A stretch of DNA of 57,961 bases, counting the filler, from Basidiobolus ranarum (Eukaryota): assembly GCA_040143965.1 (NCBI GenBank). It is 7 parts of 7 records of this genome, joined end to end, with 100 filler letters (N's around TTAATTAATTAA, not from the genome) between each part and the next. Parts side by side here need not be neighbours in the genome. Positions count along the whole stretch, not along the records: positions 24,935 to 33,126 come from JASJQH010007878.1; positions 33,227 to 41,409 come from JASJQH010007879.1; 5 more parts are not named here. The stretch is one strand, 5' to 3'. Shown here piece after piece: positions 24,835-35,140 of this stretch. Under the pieces are notes generated by a model that saw only the letters and a program-made list of their open reading frames with translations, made no database searches and had not been told where the DNA came from. The first letter of the stretch is position 1. The number at the start of each line of letters is the position of its first letter. The translations under genes were made by a program, and so were the position numbers.

Positions 24835-24934
24835 NNNNNNNNNNNNNNNNNNNNNNNNNNNNNNNNNNNNNNNNNNNNTTAATTAATTAANNNNNNNNNN
24901 NNNNNNNNNNNNNNNNNNNNNNNNNNNNNNNNNN

Positions 24935-25135
24935 TAATCCATAGTTCTCTGAGATTGTAGCCAATCATGTGCAAGTATTTTGCAAGATCTTGAAATTTCA
25001 CTCCTGAAACTGAAAAAATTGATTAAAATCAAATCTAACTTGACAATTTTATGATGGTAAGTAAATGGGCAATCCCAAATGGATTAAAATTGTGATGGTT
25101 TTCCTACAATAACAATCCTCAAATTTCTGTTAGAG
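24935..25135 (+). repeat. Third copy (fragment) of the unidentified multicopy element
   Basis: High visual identity to 21280-21472 and to the reverse complement of 22661-22870. Confidence 0.8.
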
Positions 25136-25146
25136 TTGCTTACCCC

Positions 25147-25255
25147 TTGACAAAACTATAAATATCAACTTTCTATTCAATAAATTGATAAGTGAAACCA
25201 CCAATTCCTCTAACTTGCCAAAACCACTTCCAACAGGCTCCCAAATACTTTAACA
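25147..25255 (+). repeat. 3' half of an LTR family B copy, abutting the Copia RNase H remnant (another partial copy at about 25820-25916)
   Basis: Ends CCACTTCCAACAGGCTCCCAAATACTTTAACA, like the LTR B copies at 43901-44219, 45039-45204 and 57337-57679. Confidence 0.75.
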
Positions 25256-25502
25256 AATATTAGCTGTATTCAGATCATGAAAAATTCAGATCTTCACTCA
25301 AGGATGAAGCATATTGACATAAGATGTCAATTTTTCAAGAGAAAATTCAAGACAAAGAAGTGAACTTTATTTATTATAATACTGAAAACATGCTTGCAGA
25401 TATACTAATAAAACCACTCAAAACTTCAAGCTTTGAAAAGTTGAGAGCAGGCATAGGTGTTAGTGAATACAAGCACAATGCTGAATAAGAATTAAGGAAA
25501 GG
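25256..25502 (+). mobile_element. Ty1/Copia RNase H C-terminal remnant plus polypurine tract
   Basis: NISCIQIMKNSDLHSRMKHIDIR..(frameshift)..EKIQDKEVNFIYYNTENMLADILIKPL..FEKLRAGIG; stop at 25488; AAGGAAAGG precedes the TG. Confidence 0.88.
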
Positions 25503-25790
25503 TGTTGAATAATTGATCTTCATTCAACATCTTAGTTAACTTTAGTTATGATACATACATCTGAAACAGAAAACAATGTATCTATAGCCCCCATATTCTA
25601 ATTAGGAATATCTCTATATGTATAGAATTAGTATTTCTTATTTCTCCATTTATCTATTATATCTTATTTCACAAACTCATGAATATCTCCATCAATTGAT
25701 TTACTTCTCTACTATATAAGTCACCGTATTCTCTTAAGAATAAAGTAACTACAAACATTATTATAAGTTGCCTCTAATATATAAAGTCTA
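25503..25790 (+). repeat. Copia 3' LTR, family A (3' boundary approximate)
   Basis: Starts TGTTGAAT right after the PPT; colinear with 57715-57961; contains TATATAA and AATAAA. Confidence 0.8.
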
Positions 25791-26233
25791 CCCCCCCCAT
25801 GTCAAGATCCTCCATCACTTCTTGATAAAAGTATAAATGTCAACTTACACTCAATAAATCATTGAGTGAAAATCACCAATTCTTTTAGTTTTCCAGATCA
25901 CTTTCAACAACTGTCAAATTCCTTCAATAAGAGGTGGTCAACAACAATCTTTTAGAGAAGTCATTGAGAATCAACATATCTCCAGTTGCTATGATGATTG
26001 GTTTATGTGGAATTCTTGGTTAAGGGATAAAATATTTTGGTTTGTAAGTAATTGTCCCAGTTATGTAATAATCTCTCTATCGCAAAATAACCAATCTTCA
26101 CTAGCCAAGATTTGCCCTAAAGATTTGAATAAAATATAGATATCAGCATAAATATTGATTAGTTTGAATTTATTTTCTATCAAATAACACTGCTCTTTGC
26201 TTGGATTTCTGTGTAAATGAGCGCAAATGTTGA

Positions 26234-27453
26234 TTAGTTAGTTTTTGGATTTGTAATATAAGAAATGAACATTGGGACTCCAGTCTTGGTTCGAATAACA
26301 AACAGAAATGGACGATCACATCGCATTTCAGGTGTAGGCTCTCTCATCATCGGAGCAGACCTGAGCATAATAATCGCTGTAGCAGCACTGGCTTTAGAGC
26401 CTATTAAATAATGCTTAATTAATCAATGAATCTTGAAGATGACTTTGATTTGTTCCTACCTTTCTCATCGACTTCTATGCGACATTTGTGCAATACATCA
26501 CTAACGTAAAAAGGAAACTTGGACAGATTAGTGAGTTCCGCATCACTTCCGAATATCTGCTCAACTCCTGCACTCTTCAGCACTTGATTTAACTTCAACC
26601 CTTGCTCCAGATCGAACTTGGGTAAGCTTAGATTTACCTGGCGTCTGTATCTATTTCCGCTGAAGATGGATGTCCAGTGCTCTTCGCTTAAGTTGTTCGA
26701 GAAATCAGCAAAGGATTGCACTTTTCGTGGCAATACCACGGTAGCCACAAATCGGTCATCTGTGTACGGCATATCTAGGATTTGGTAGTCCTGAGTCTCA
26801 TCATAGCTCCACTTTGCCTTGAAAGAATTCATCATTTGCGTCTTGATCGGCTCTCCTTCCAACACCCGGAACTCTTCTTCTTTAGTTAGATCAGCCTTGA
26901 ACGCATTTTTCCATTTACCGTGGAAGAACACCGTGTTCACTAGCAATAGACTTTGTGGATCCAAAGAAAACCCCGGCGGAAGGATTGCTGTGATATGATT
27001 CTTGGTGTTTCGTGAGACCCAGCTGTTTACCTTTTCAGATGTCGGTAGTTGTGGAAATACTGAAGCAAAAAATCGATTTTTAGCTAGATCAATATAACTT
27101 TGTTTGAATGACTTTCCCCACAATGAGTTTGCCAGTAAGAAGGTTGCATTAGGACTATCTAGTGCTTTGTCGCTCTCATGGTCACCCATCAGTGGTTGAA
27201 AGAAATCATGGAAAGTACTGGCGAGCTGAGGTAGTGTATTTCCATGGGAGCTTGATGTTCCAAAGAACTGCAGGAGCTCTGACCGACTTTGACTCTTCTC
27301 TGCTGTTCCATAGAGCAACATAAAAAGAGCGGCAAATATAGACAATGGTGAGAACAGAATGTTGGTTGTGGGACTAACACTCTCTTGGAGAGAGGAGGCC
27401 AAATTCATCCCCACCGAAGACACCAGTGCACTTACCGTCGCGTTAAACACCAT
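26234..27453 (-). CDS. Serpin (serine protease inhibitor), probably intracellular and inhibitory; intron 26401-26459
   Basis: NILFSPLSI, VNSWVSRNTKNHI, LVNTVFFHGKWKNAF and LSLPKF motifs; hinge/RCL DEKGSKASAATAIIMLRSAP; C-terminal signature CDRPFLFVIR. Confidence 0.92.
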
Positions 27454-27503
27454 GATCGCTAGCAGAGGTAAGGACGGGCGGAGAAGTTAAGTACTTATGG
27501 CAT

Positions 27504-27543
27504 TCTCAATATAAGAAAGCTAATCTCAATATAGGAAAGCTAA
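27504..27543. repeat. 20-bp tandem duplication in the serpin/LRR divergent promoter
   Basis: TCTCAATATA(A/G)GAAAGCTAA x2. Confidence 0.85.
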
Positions 27544-27794
27544 TGAAACAATCGTTTGGAAATATCTATCATACTCTGAAACTGGGACATGAATTATCTA
27601 ACGTCCCATATCTGTGATTTAAACTTTTGTAACACACATGTATAATAAACCACCTTATCATGTGATCATTATGAACACCGTCCAAACTGGAAAAAATGAC
27701 AAAAAAATGATTTTTTTTTTTGGGTTTATAAAGCTAACAACTACTCACTCAACCTGCGACCTATTACTACCATATATCAATATATAGATACATT

Positions 27795-29160
27795 ATGAAA
27801 TTAACACCACTAGCAATTTCGGACATTGTCAACACCCCTCTGTCTGAGGTACAATCGTTGGATTTTTCCAAGAAGGAGATAAATCATATAGAAGATATTT
27901 CATGTTGTGTAAGTTTAAGAAAGTTAAACCTCTCTCAGAATGCCATCAAAGCCGCGGATGCTTTGTCCGGAATTCAATACAACTCCGAGCTCACTTGGTT
28001 AAATCTTTCGGGAAATCAGTTGGAGAGTCTTGAAGGAATACAAAGACTCAAGAAGTTATCAGGTAAGAGAGGGTACCAGATATCTAATCAATTCCATGTT
28101 CTTATTTAACCGTTTTTATTTCTTGATAGTTCTCAATCTTAGTCATAACAAGGTCAATCGGATCTCACAGCACGTAACCAATCTTACCGCATTGAAGGCT
28201 CTGATATTGGGACATAACTCAATAAAGAGAATTGAAAACATTGGAAACTTAAGAGAATTGAATACCATTGGTAACTTTAACCGACCTTTTTTTCATTTAT
28301 GAAACCAACACTAACCTTGAATATTTTTAAATTGAAACAGTTATATCTCATAACAAATTAGAAGAGTTACCCATGTTCCCTACACTCACTAGACTTACCA
28401 AGTTTTCCGCTGCTCACAACGAACTTCGTGTTATTCCAGACTTTTCCCTCAACTCGGAGTTGAAAGAACTTCGTTTGAACGATAACAAAATCACCACCAT
28501 TCCTGAAACTCTTCGTGGTTGCAGTTCTTTGAGTATTTTGGACTTGGGTAATAATCTTATTAAGGAGTGGAGGTAAGGACTATCATACGTGTAATTATTT
28601 GTGTAAAGTATCCATGAAGTAACATATAGCAAACTTTCAGTGATGCAACAATTCTTGGCTCTCTTTTACACTTAACGAACCTTAATCTCAAAGGAAACTC
28701 TCTGTGTAGTAAGGATGGATATCGTGAAAAGGTAAGCGTTGAACTTGAGTGGTGTTGATTTGTTGATATTCTAAGTAACACCCTTATTTCCTCTCAGATT
28801 CTCAAATTAGTCCCCACTCTTCGAATCCTTGATGGAGAACGTTTTGATGCTAAGTTCATTGAACGCAAAGAGAAAAAGAAACTTCGTGAAGAGCAGCTGA
28901 AGAAAGCTGAAGAAAATGGTACCACTGAGGAAAATAACTCTGATGAAGCTTCATCTAAGCCAGCCAAACCAGTTAAGCCAGTTAAACAGTATCCTAAACG
29001 TAGTTTCAATCAGGATGAACCTCGTAATCGTAGCACCCAACCCTTTAAAAAAAGAAAAGCGGGGAACCCCCCTAATTCGAACTTCAAAGGTCATAATAAA
29101 TTCACTAAACCATCTGGGGGCAAGTTCGGAAAAGCTCAGAAGCGGCCATCCACCGATTAA
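27795..29160 (+). CDS. SDS22-like leucine-rich-repeat protein with LRR cap and a basic C-terminal tail, 5 exons
   Basis: Repeated LxxLNLSxNxI units, LRR cap NLNLKGNSLC..YREKILKLVPTLRILDG, and a Lys/Arg-rich tail ending KRPSTD*. Confidence 0.82.
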
Positions 29161-29690
29161 TTATGGATGTTTTATCTAGATGTACCATACCTCTCCTATA
29201 GCCTCTCGAATAAAATTTCAACTCTTTCATTATCTGCAATGTATTATTAATAATCGACAATCCACCATCGATCCTTCGTTATCTATTTGTTGTCAATCTA
29301 AGGTTGTAGTTGTCCCACAACCAACCAAAGACCCGCAGGATGTAAGATGTAGGTCGAATCAATCTTAGTTCTCTTCTCCCCGACTTCCATTGGAAATCCG
29401 TAGTATAGTCCGAAAATTTCCGCTTCTCCATTCACATAGAATTCTAGTATCATGTGCCTCATGATTGCTCATAGTAACTCATTTTTACTCCTTGATTTAG
29501 AAGTGGATTTGGTTGAACATTTCCTAATAGGGTTTACTCCAGTCATAAGTCTGAACAGTTGAATATATATTTTCAATCGGATTCTCTTGGATTCTCTTCA
29601 TTACATCTACCGGGGATTTTTTTTGAAATATTACGACTTAGCTTCCCTCTCTATCCCCTTTTTCTACATACAACCTAAGTAACATATAGA

Positions 29691-32234
29691 ATGTTGATAC
29701 CCAAGTACACTCCCGCTGACCTAACCTCCGAAACCTTCTCCTGCTATTCAGTGTTTCCTGAGAAGTACCTAACTGACATCAAATCCGTTGACACACCATT
29801 ACCTAAAGGCTCTAACTGGGTCGAAATCAACATCTTAGACGACGTAGTAGAGGCAACTCTAAAACTACTTGACGCCGGTGTTTCCAAAGTATTATTTAAC
29901 GAAGGGAAACTTGTACCTGAACTTTTGGAGTTTCCTCAAGATAGACTTGGTGTTATAATATCTGTTCAAAATGCTACCGATTTAGCCGAGAGAGTGGCCA
30001 AATACTCCAGTCAAGTATCAGTTGTAGTATTAAAACTTGAAGCTAACTTTGAAGAAATATTCACTGCTCTGGAGTCAATATCCTCCAAAACTACTTTACA
30101 ACAGAATGGCGGCGCTGTACGTTTAGTAGTCGACGGTATTGATCTCGACTTGGCTACAATTGAAAGATTGAGTGCCAAAGATATTGACGTAAGCCTTCCT
30201 GTTAAATCTTTATCCGTTGATTCGGATGGAGTCGGTAAAGCCCTAGGCGCCAGTTTGGTATCCGATAGGCCCGATGGTTTATTTACTACCATCGTAGTGG
30301 ATGAACAAGGTGTATGTCTGGGACTAGTTTACTCCTCTGTTGAGAGTTTGAATGAATCCATTAAAACCGGTACCGGTGTTTATCAATCCAGAAAACGTGG
30401 ACTTTGGTATAAAGGAGCCACTTCTGGGGCTACACAAGAGTTACTTAAGATTGATACGGATTGTGATAGGGATGCTTTGAGATTCACCGTACGCCAAAAC
30501 GGATCCGGTTTCTGCCATTTAAATACTCGTACTTGCTTTGGAGTAGATGAGGGAATCACTTCATTGTATTCCACCTTGACTCAACGCAAAGAATCTACAC
30601 CACCTAAAGGTTCTTACACCGCTCGTCTCTTTAACGAACCTAATCTTTTACATTCTAAAATCATCGAAGAGGCTCATGAATTATGTGATGCAGTGGATAA
30701 AGAAGAAATCGCTTGGGAAGCTGCGGATTTAATCTACTTCGCATTGACTAAATGCGTCGCTAACGGTGTTACCTTGTCGGATGTGGAAAGACACCTGAAC
30801 AAAAGATCTAAGAAAATCACTAGAAGACCCGGAAATGCTAAACCTCAATATGAAGTCGTGGATAAAGCTCCAGTGGCTACACCTAGTCCTGTTGTTGATA
30901 CCCCTAAATCCGTTGATAGAATCGAAATGAAGGTACATTCTAATGCGGAAATTGATGCTTCGAAGCGTAGCTCATTACTACTCAGACCCATCATTAAATC
31001 CGAAGAAATCATCTCTCGTGTTCAACCCATCTTAAAAGAGATCCGTGCTAATGGTGACCAAGCCATTATTGATCTCACTGAGAAGTTTGATGGAGTCAAG
31101 CTAAAGACCCCTGTGATCAAAGCACCCTTCCCCAAGGAGATGATGCAAATCGACGAAAGAACCAAAGCGGCTATCGATCAAGCGTACGATAATATTTACA
31201 AATTCCATGATGCCCAATACGACCGTAACACACTGGTGGTGGAGACCATGCCCGGTGTGATCTGCTCAAGGTTCAGTAGACCCATTGAACGTGTTGGTCT
31301 GTATGTTCCCGGTGGTACCGCCATCTTACCTTCTACTACGTTAATGCTTGGTATTCCCGCCAAGGTTGCTGGTTGTAAAGAGATCATTGTTGCTAGTCCT
31401 CCTCGTAAAGATGGCTCTGTTGTGCCTGAGGTATTGTATGTTGCTGATAAAATTGGAGCATCGATGGTTGTCTGTGCTGGTGGTGCTCAAGCAGTTGGTG
31501 CTATGGCATATGGTACAGAATCGGTTCCCAAGGTTGACAAGATCTGCGGACCTGGTAATCAGTATGTAACAGCGGCTAAGATGATCGTTCAAAATGACAG
31601 TTCAGCCATGACCTCGATTGATATGCCAGCTGGTCCATCGGAACTCTTGGTGATCGCAGATTCAACATGTACACCTAGTTATGTCGCATCGGATTTGTTA
31701 TCTCAAGCTGAACATGGTATCGATAGTCAGGTTGTATTAGTCGCTGTGGATCTCTCTGAAGAGAAATTCAAGGCCATCGAAGATGAGGTTCACAACCAAG
31801 CGAGCAGATTGCCTCGTGTGGAGATTGTACGTCAATCAATCCCCAAGAGCTTCGCTCTAAAGGTCACCTCAATGGAAGAAGCCATGAGCTTCTCTAATGA
31901 CTATGCACCAGAACATCTCATCCTCCATCTTGATGAAGCTGAGAAATATGTCGATCAAGTGGAGAATGCTGGCTCAGTGTTTGTTGGCCCTTGGTCACCA
32001 GAAAGTTGCGGTGATTACGCCTCTGGAACTAATCACACTCTCCCTACATATGGATACTCCAGAATGTACTCTGGCGTCAACACAGACACTTTCTTGAAGT
32101 ATATTACCAGTCAACAGTTGACCAGTGATGGACTCGATCGCCTCGCTGACTCTGTGATGAGATTGGCCGAAATTGAAGGCTTAGAAGCTCATAGAAATGC
32201 CGTTGCTGTTCGAGTACAAGATATTAGGAAGTAA
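29691..32234 (+). CDS. HIS4: Trifunctional histidine biosynthesis protein (PRA-CH / PRA-PH / histidinol dehydrogenase), intronless
   Basis: LWYKGATSG..DTDCDRDAL..FCH (cyclohydrolase), SYTARLF..KIIEEAHEL..WEAADL (pyrophosphatase), GLYVPGG..DMPAGPSE..APEHL..GDYASGTNHTLPT (HisD). Confidence 0.97.
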   Translation: MLIPKYTPADLTSETFSCYSVFPEKYLTDIKSVDTPLPKGSNWVEINILDDVVEATLKLLDAGVSKVLFNEGKLVPELLEFPQDRLGVIISVQNATDLAERVAKYSSQVSVVVLKLEANFEEIFTALESISSKTTLQQNGGAVRLVVDGIDLDLATIERLSAKDIDVSLPVKSLSVDSDGVGKALGASLVSDRPDGLFTTIVVDEQGVCLGLVYSSVESLNESIKTGTGVYQSRKRGLWYKGATSGATQELLKIDTDCDRDALRFTVRQNGSGFCHLNTRTCFGVDEGITSLYSTLTQRKESTPPKGSYTARLFNEPNLLHSKIIEEAHELCDAVDKEEIAWEAADLIYFALTKCVANGVTLSDVERHLNKRSKKITRRPGNAKPQYEVVDKAPVATPSPVVDTPKSVDRIEMKVHSNAEIDASKRSSLLLRPIIKSEEIISRVQPILKEIRANGDQAIIDLTEKFDGVKLKTPVIKAPFPKEMMQIDERTKAAIDQAYDNIYKFHDAQYDRNTLVVETMPGVICSRFSRPIERVGLYVPGGTAILPSTTLMLGIPAKVAGCKEIIVASPPRKDGSVVPEVLYVADKIGASMVVCAGGAQAVGAMAYGTESVPKVDKICGPGNQYVTAAKMIVQNDSSAMTSIDMPAGPSELLVIADSTCTPSYVASDLLSQAEHGIDSQVVLVAVDLSEEKFKAIEDEVHNQASRLPRVEIVRQSIPKSFALKVTSMEEAMSFSNDYAPEHLILHLDEAEKYVDQVENAGSVFVGPWSPESCGDYASGTNHTLPTYGYSRMYSGVNTDTFLKYITSQQLTSDGLDRLADSVMRLAEIEGLEAHRNAVAVRVQDIRK

Positions 32235-32599
32235 ATTAACCAATTAACCACTATTATCCCAGATCACCGCTATTCTTACTGTATACTCATAACTTTGCAT
32301 AACTACCTAATAAACATACAATATACCAAAACCGAAAGCGCAGTTGAAACTTCGTTTATTTAGGAGTGTTGAGTGTTTCAATTGATTAGAATGATTGCAT
32401 CTAGAATGAATGCTCACTTCAACTTAACATAATGAATGAATAAATGCTCATCCCAACATGGTGTTTTGACATTGATGCACAAATGGTGTTTGCTGCACAT
32501 ATCATGTTACTTAATTGATCGACACCAAATTTCTCTCATCCCTTTACTCTTACACCTGCACTTACTCCTAGATTACGATTTGACACATCCCAAAATTAG

Positions 32600-32606
32600 T
32601 ATATAA
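32600..32606 (+). promoter_or_regulatory. TATA box of the Gly/Ser-rich gene
   Basis: TATATAA about 60 nt upstream of the ATG at 32666. Confidence 0.5.
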
Positions 32607-32665
32607 GTAAAGCAGATCGCCATTACTCAAATCATATCTTATTTATTTGTTCTCTTTTTCAAATC

Positions 32666-33126
32666 ATGAAATTCTCATCAACCAAAGTATTCTTCGCTCT
32701 ATCCGCATTGGCTATGACTAATGCTGCTGTCATTAGACGTGGTTATAATATTGAGGATTATGCTGGTGGTAGTGGTAGCGGTAGCGGTGAAACATCGGTA
32801 AGTAAATCTGGCCATGGTTCTGGAGGTGACTACAGCGGAAGCGGTAGTGGCTCCGGTTCTGGGGATAAATACGGTGGTGGTGGTAGCGGTAGCGGCTCTG
32901 GCTCGGGTGATAAGTACGGTAGCGGTGGCGGTTCTGGATCTAAATATGGTGGTGGCAGCGGCTCAGGTGGTGATTATAGTGGTTGCGGCAGGGGCTCTGG
33001 CTGGGGTGGTGGTTTCTGTGCTTGCGGCAGTGGCTCTGGCTCGGGTTGTGGTTACTGTGGTCGTGGCGGAGCGTCAGGTGATAAGTACGGCAGTGGTAGC
33101 GGCTCTGGCTCGGGTGGTGATTACAG
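32666..33126 (+). CDS. Secreted Gly/Ser-repeat protein (GSGSGSGDKYG units plus a Cys cluster), 3'-truncated
   Basis: Signal peptide MKFSSTKVFFALSALAMTNA, a dibasic RR site, repeats ending DKYG/GDYS, and a CGRG..CACG..CGYCG segment. Confidence 0.8.
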
Positions 33127-33246
33127 NNNNNNNNNNNNNNNNNNNNNNNNNNNNNNNNNNNNNNNNNNNNTTAATTAATTAANNNNNNNNNNNNNNNNNN
33201 NNNNNNNNNNNNNNNNNNNNNNNNNNGCCCCCCGCGAGGGGGGCCT

Positions 33247-33314
33247 ACGCGGCATTGCCGAGAACCTTTACCGTAAGACCGGGGGCGAGAGTTCCAAACG
33301 TTTTCGAGAGCCAT
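33247..33314 (-). CDS. RPS29: 40S ribosomal protein S29 (uS14), first exon only; low-quality contig end
   Basis: [22 protein letters not shown] matches the RPS29 N-terminus. Confidence 0.85.
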
Positions 33315-33670
33315 GTTGAGCGATTCGACTTCGAAAGAGAAAGAGAAGGTTCTCATGCCACCATCCTTCTATTAAAGTAATGAAAAATTCCTCTCTGACC
33401 AATGATGGACCCCGTTCCGTTGAAGCCCCCTGATTTTTATGGATTTCATTTTTAAGATCAATTTGTGTTCTATCGATCACTGATTTATTGGATATAGCAC
33501 AGATTTATTGGATGCAGAATCTACCTCAAATATCCAATTTTTAGTAACTTTTTTGATTGTATTCAAGATACAAGATACCCACTTCCAATTCCTGAGGTCA
33601 TATAATACAAATAAACAAACACTAGAGTACTCTAGGTTTCTCACTTACTACTATAACTTCACGCACTTTA

Positions 33671-34581
33671 ATGGAGCAAGAACAGCTTGAATACCAACCG
33701 AGTTTATTGCCAGAATTCAGTGCTCGAAATGTGCAGATGGTATCGTTAATTTCGAAGAAAAACTTCTAGTCTTTCCATCGTGTTAAATATTTCTTATATT
33801 TGTAGGTTTTGGATATCAACTCTGAATTGATAAGAGTTTGTGTAGATTTTCAGAATAAAGGCTGGGTGAATGACCCCGAATTTGCCATGTAAGACTTTAC
33901 TTTGACATAAACAGTGGTGTTAAAAAATTTGGAGTTTAACTTTATTTTGATTGAAACTTACTTTTGACTTTTCTTTTATCTTTATAGCTATCAATCTCGT
34001 TTACAATCCAACCTGACGTATCTTGCTACAGTAGCTGATCATTTTCTCAAACCCCAGCAGGTTAACTTTTACTTCTAGTTCTTATTTGTAACGTATATTT
34101 CTAACTGCAGATATAGACCAATAGGCCTGTTCCTGCAGCCCCTGATCTTTCTCCATTTCCAACACCACGGACTCCTTCAGCTCAACGACTCAATACACTA
34201 CTTACTAAGGCCATTGAGGCGTTTAATTCCAAACTTGCTAATACTGAAACTGATATGTTGGAACGTAGTCGAGGTTTAAACTCAATATATGGAAATGCTG
34301 GGAATTCCACTGATGCACAGAATCGCGCTACAGATATTCCTAAACCCCGAAAGATGATGGATACACAAGCACAAGCTTCCGAGTATTCTAATTACAACCC
34401 CTTTCCACCCTTCAAGCTACCAGAAGGCTCTCGATTGCCTAACTCGGCTGCTAACAATGACTGGCAATCTCAACAAAGAGCATATACTCAACAACAATCT
34501 CAATTCGACCCTAATGGAGTGGCTACGACGTCGCAATACAATATGAGCTACGGGTCACAACCCGAAAACGATCTTGAATAA
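33671..34581 (+). CDS. SSXT/SS18 N-terminal-domain protein (SWI/SNF-associated, SS18/GIF/Snf11-like), 4 exons
   Basis: Spliced reading NVQM|VLDINSELIRVCVDFQNKG..FAI|YQSRLQSNLTYLATVAD, followed by a Q/P/N-rich C-terminus. Confidence 0.8.
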
Positions 34582-35140
34582 GATCTAACAATGCATGGGG
34601 TTTCTTTAGTTGTTTACTGTATATACATAGACATTAAACGGGTTGAAATTTAAAGGAGTCAAGGTGATCAATTTAGTATAGGTACTATAGAACAGAATCA
34701 ACTTTACATAGTCTTGTTGACAGTGTCGATGGTAATATGAAAAGAAAGGCCTGAACAAGATTGGCATCACGTAAATGCAATGAAGTTTCATTGTCCCTAC
34801 TTTTGGGTGTTCTATGTACAATTAACTGTAGAGATATAAACTGTAGCATGGTTTTTGTCAAGTTTATCTGTGTACACAACTCAGTGTTCATTGTAGCTTG
34901 AGTTTGGTGATCATTTTCTACATTTAAATCCAACCAATAAATATGACCACGTTTGGATATAGCTTTTAAACTTGACTAACATTAATCAATCAGTTAGTAC
35001 TAGTTGATCAAGTTTGTTTAAACCAGGAGTGATATGGATTAATAGGATTGCTTGATATCACGTACTCTGCTAACGAGGAATATTTATATATAATAATTCA
35101 TGATCCTTTACTTGAAAGACAATAAACCTAGATTAGTGTA

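Noticed and set aside
26234-33126. Serpin-LRR-HIS4-Gly-rich genes as a functional cluster (e.g. an immune locus)
   Set aside because: The LRR protein is SDS22-like with no NLR domains and HIS4 is housekeeping; nothing beyond adjacency links them.
33741-33748. Possible U12-type intron (GTATCG.. donor in the SSXT gene; GTATCA.. in epsin)
   Set aside because: Neither matches the GTATCCTT consensus, and I saw no U12 branch site.
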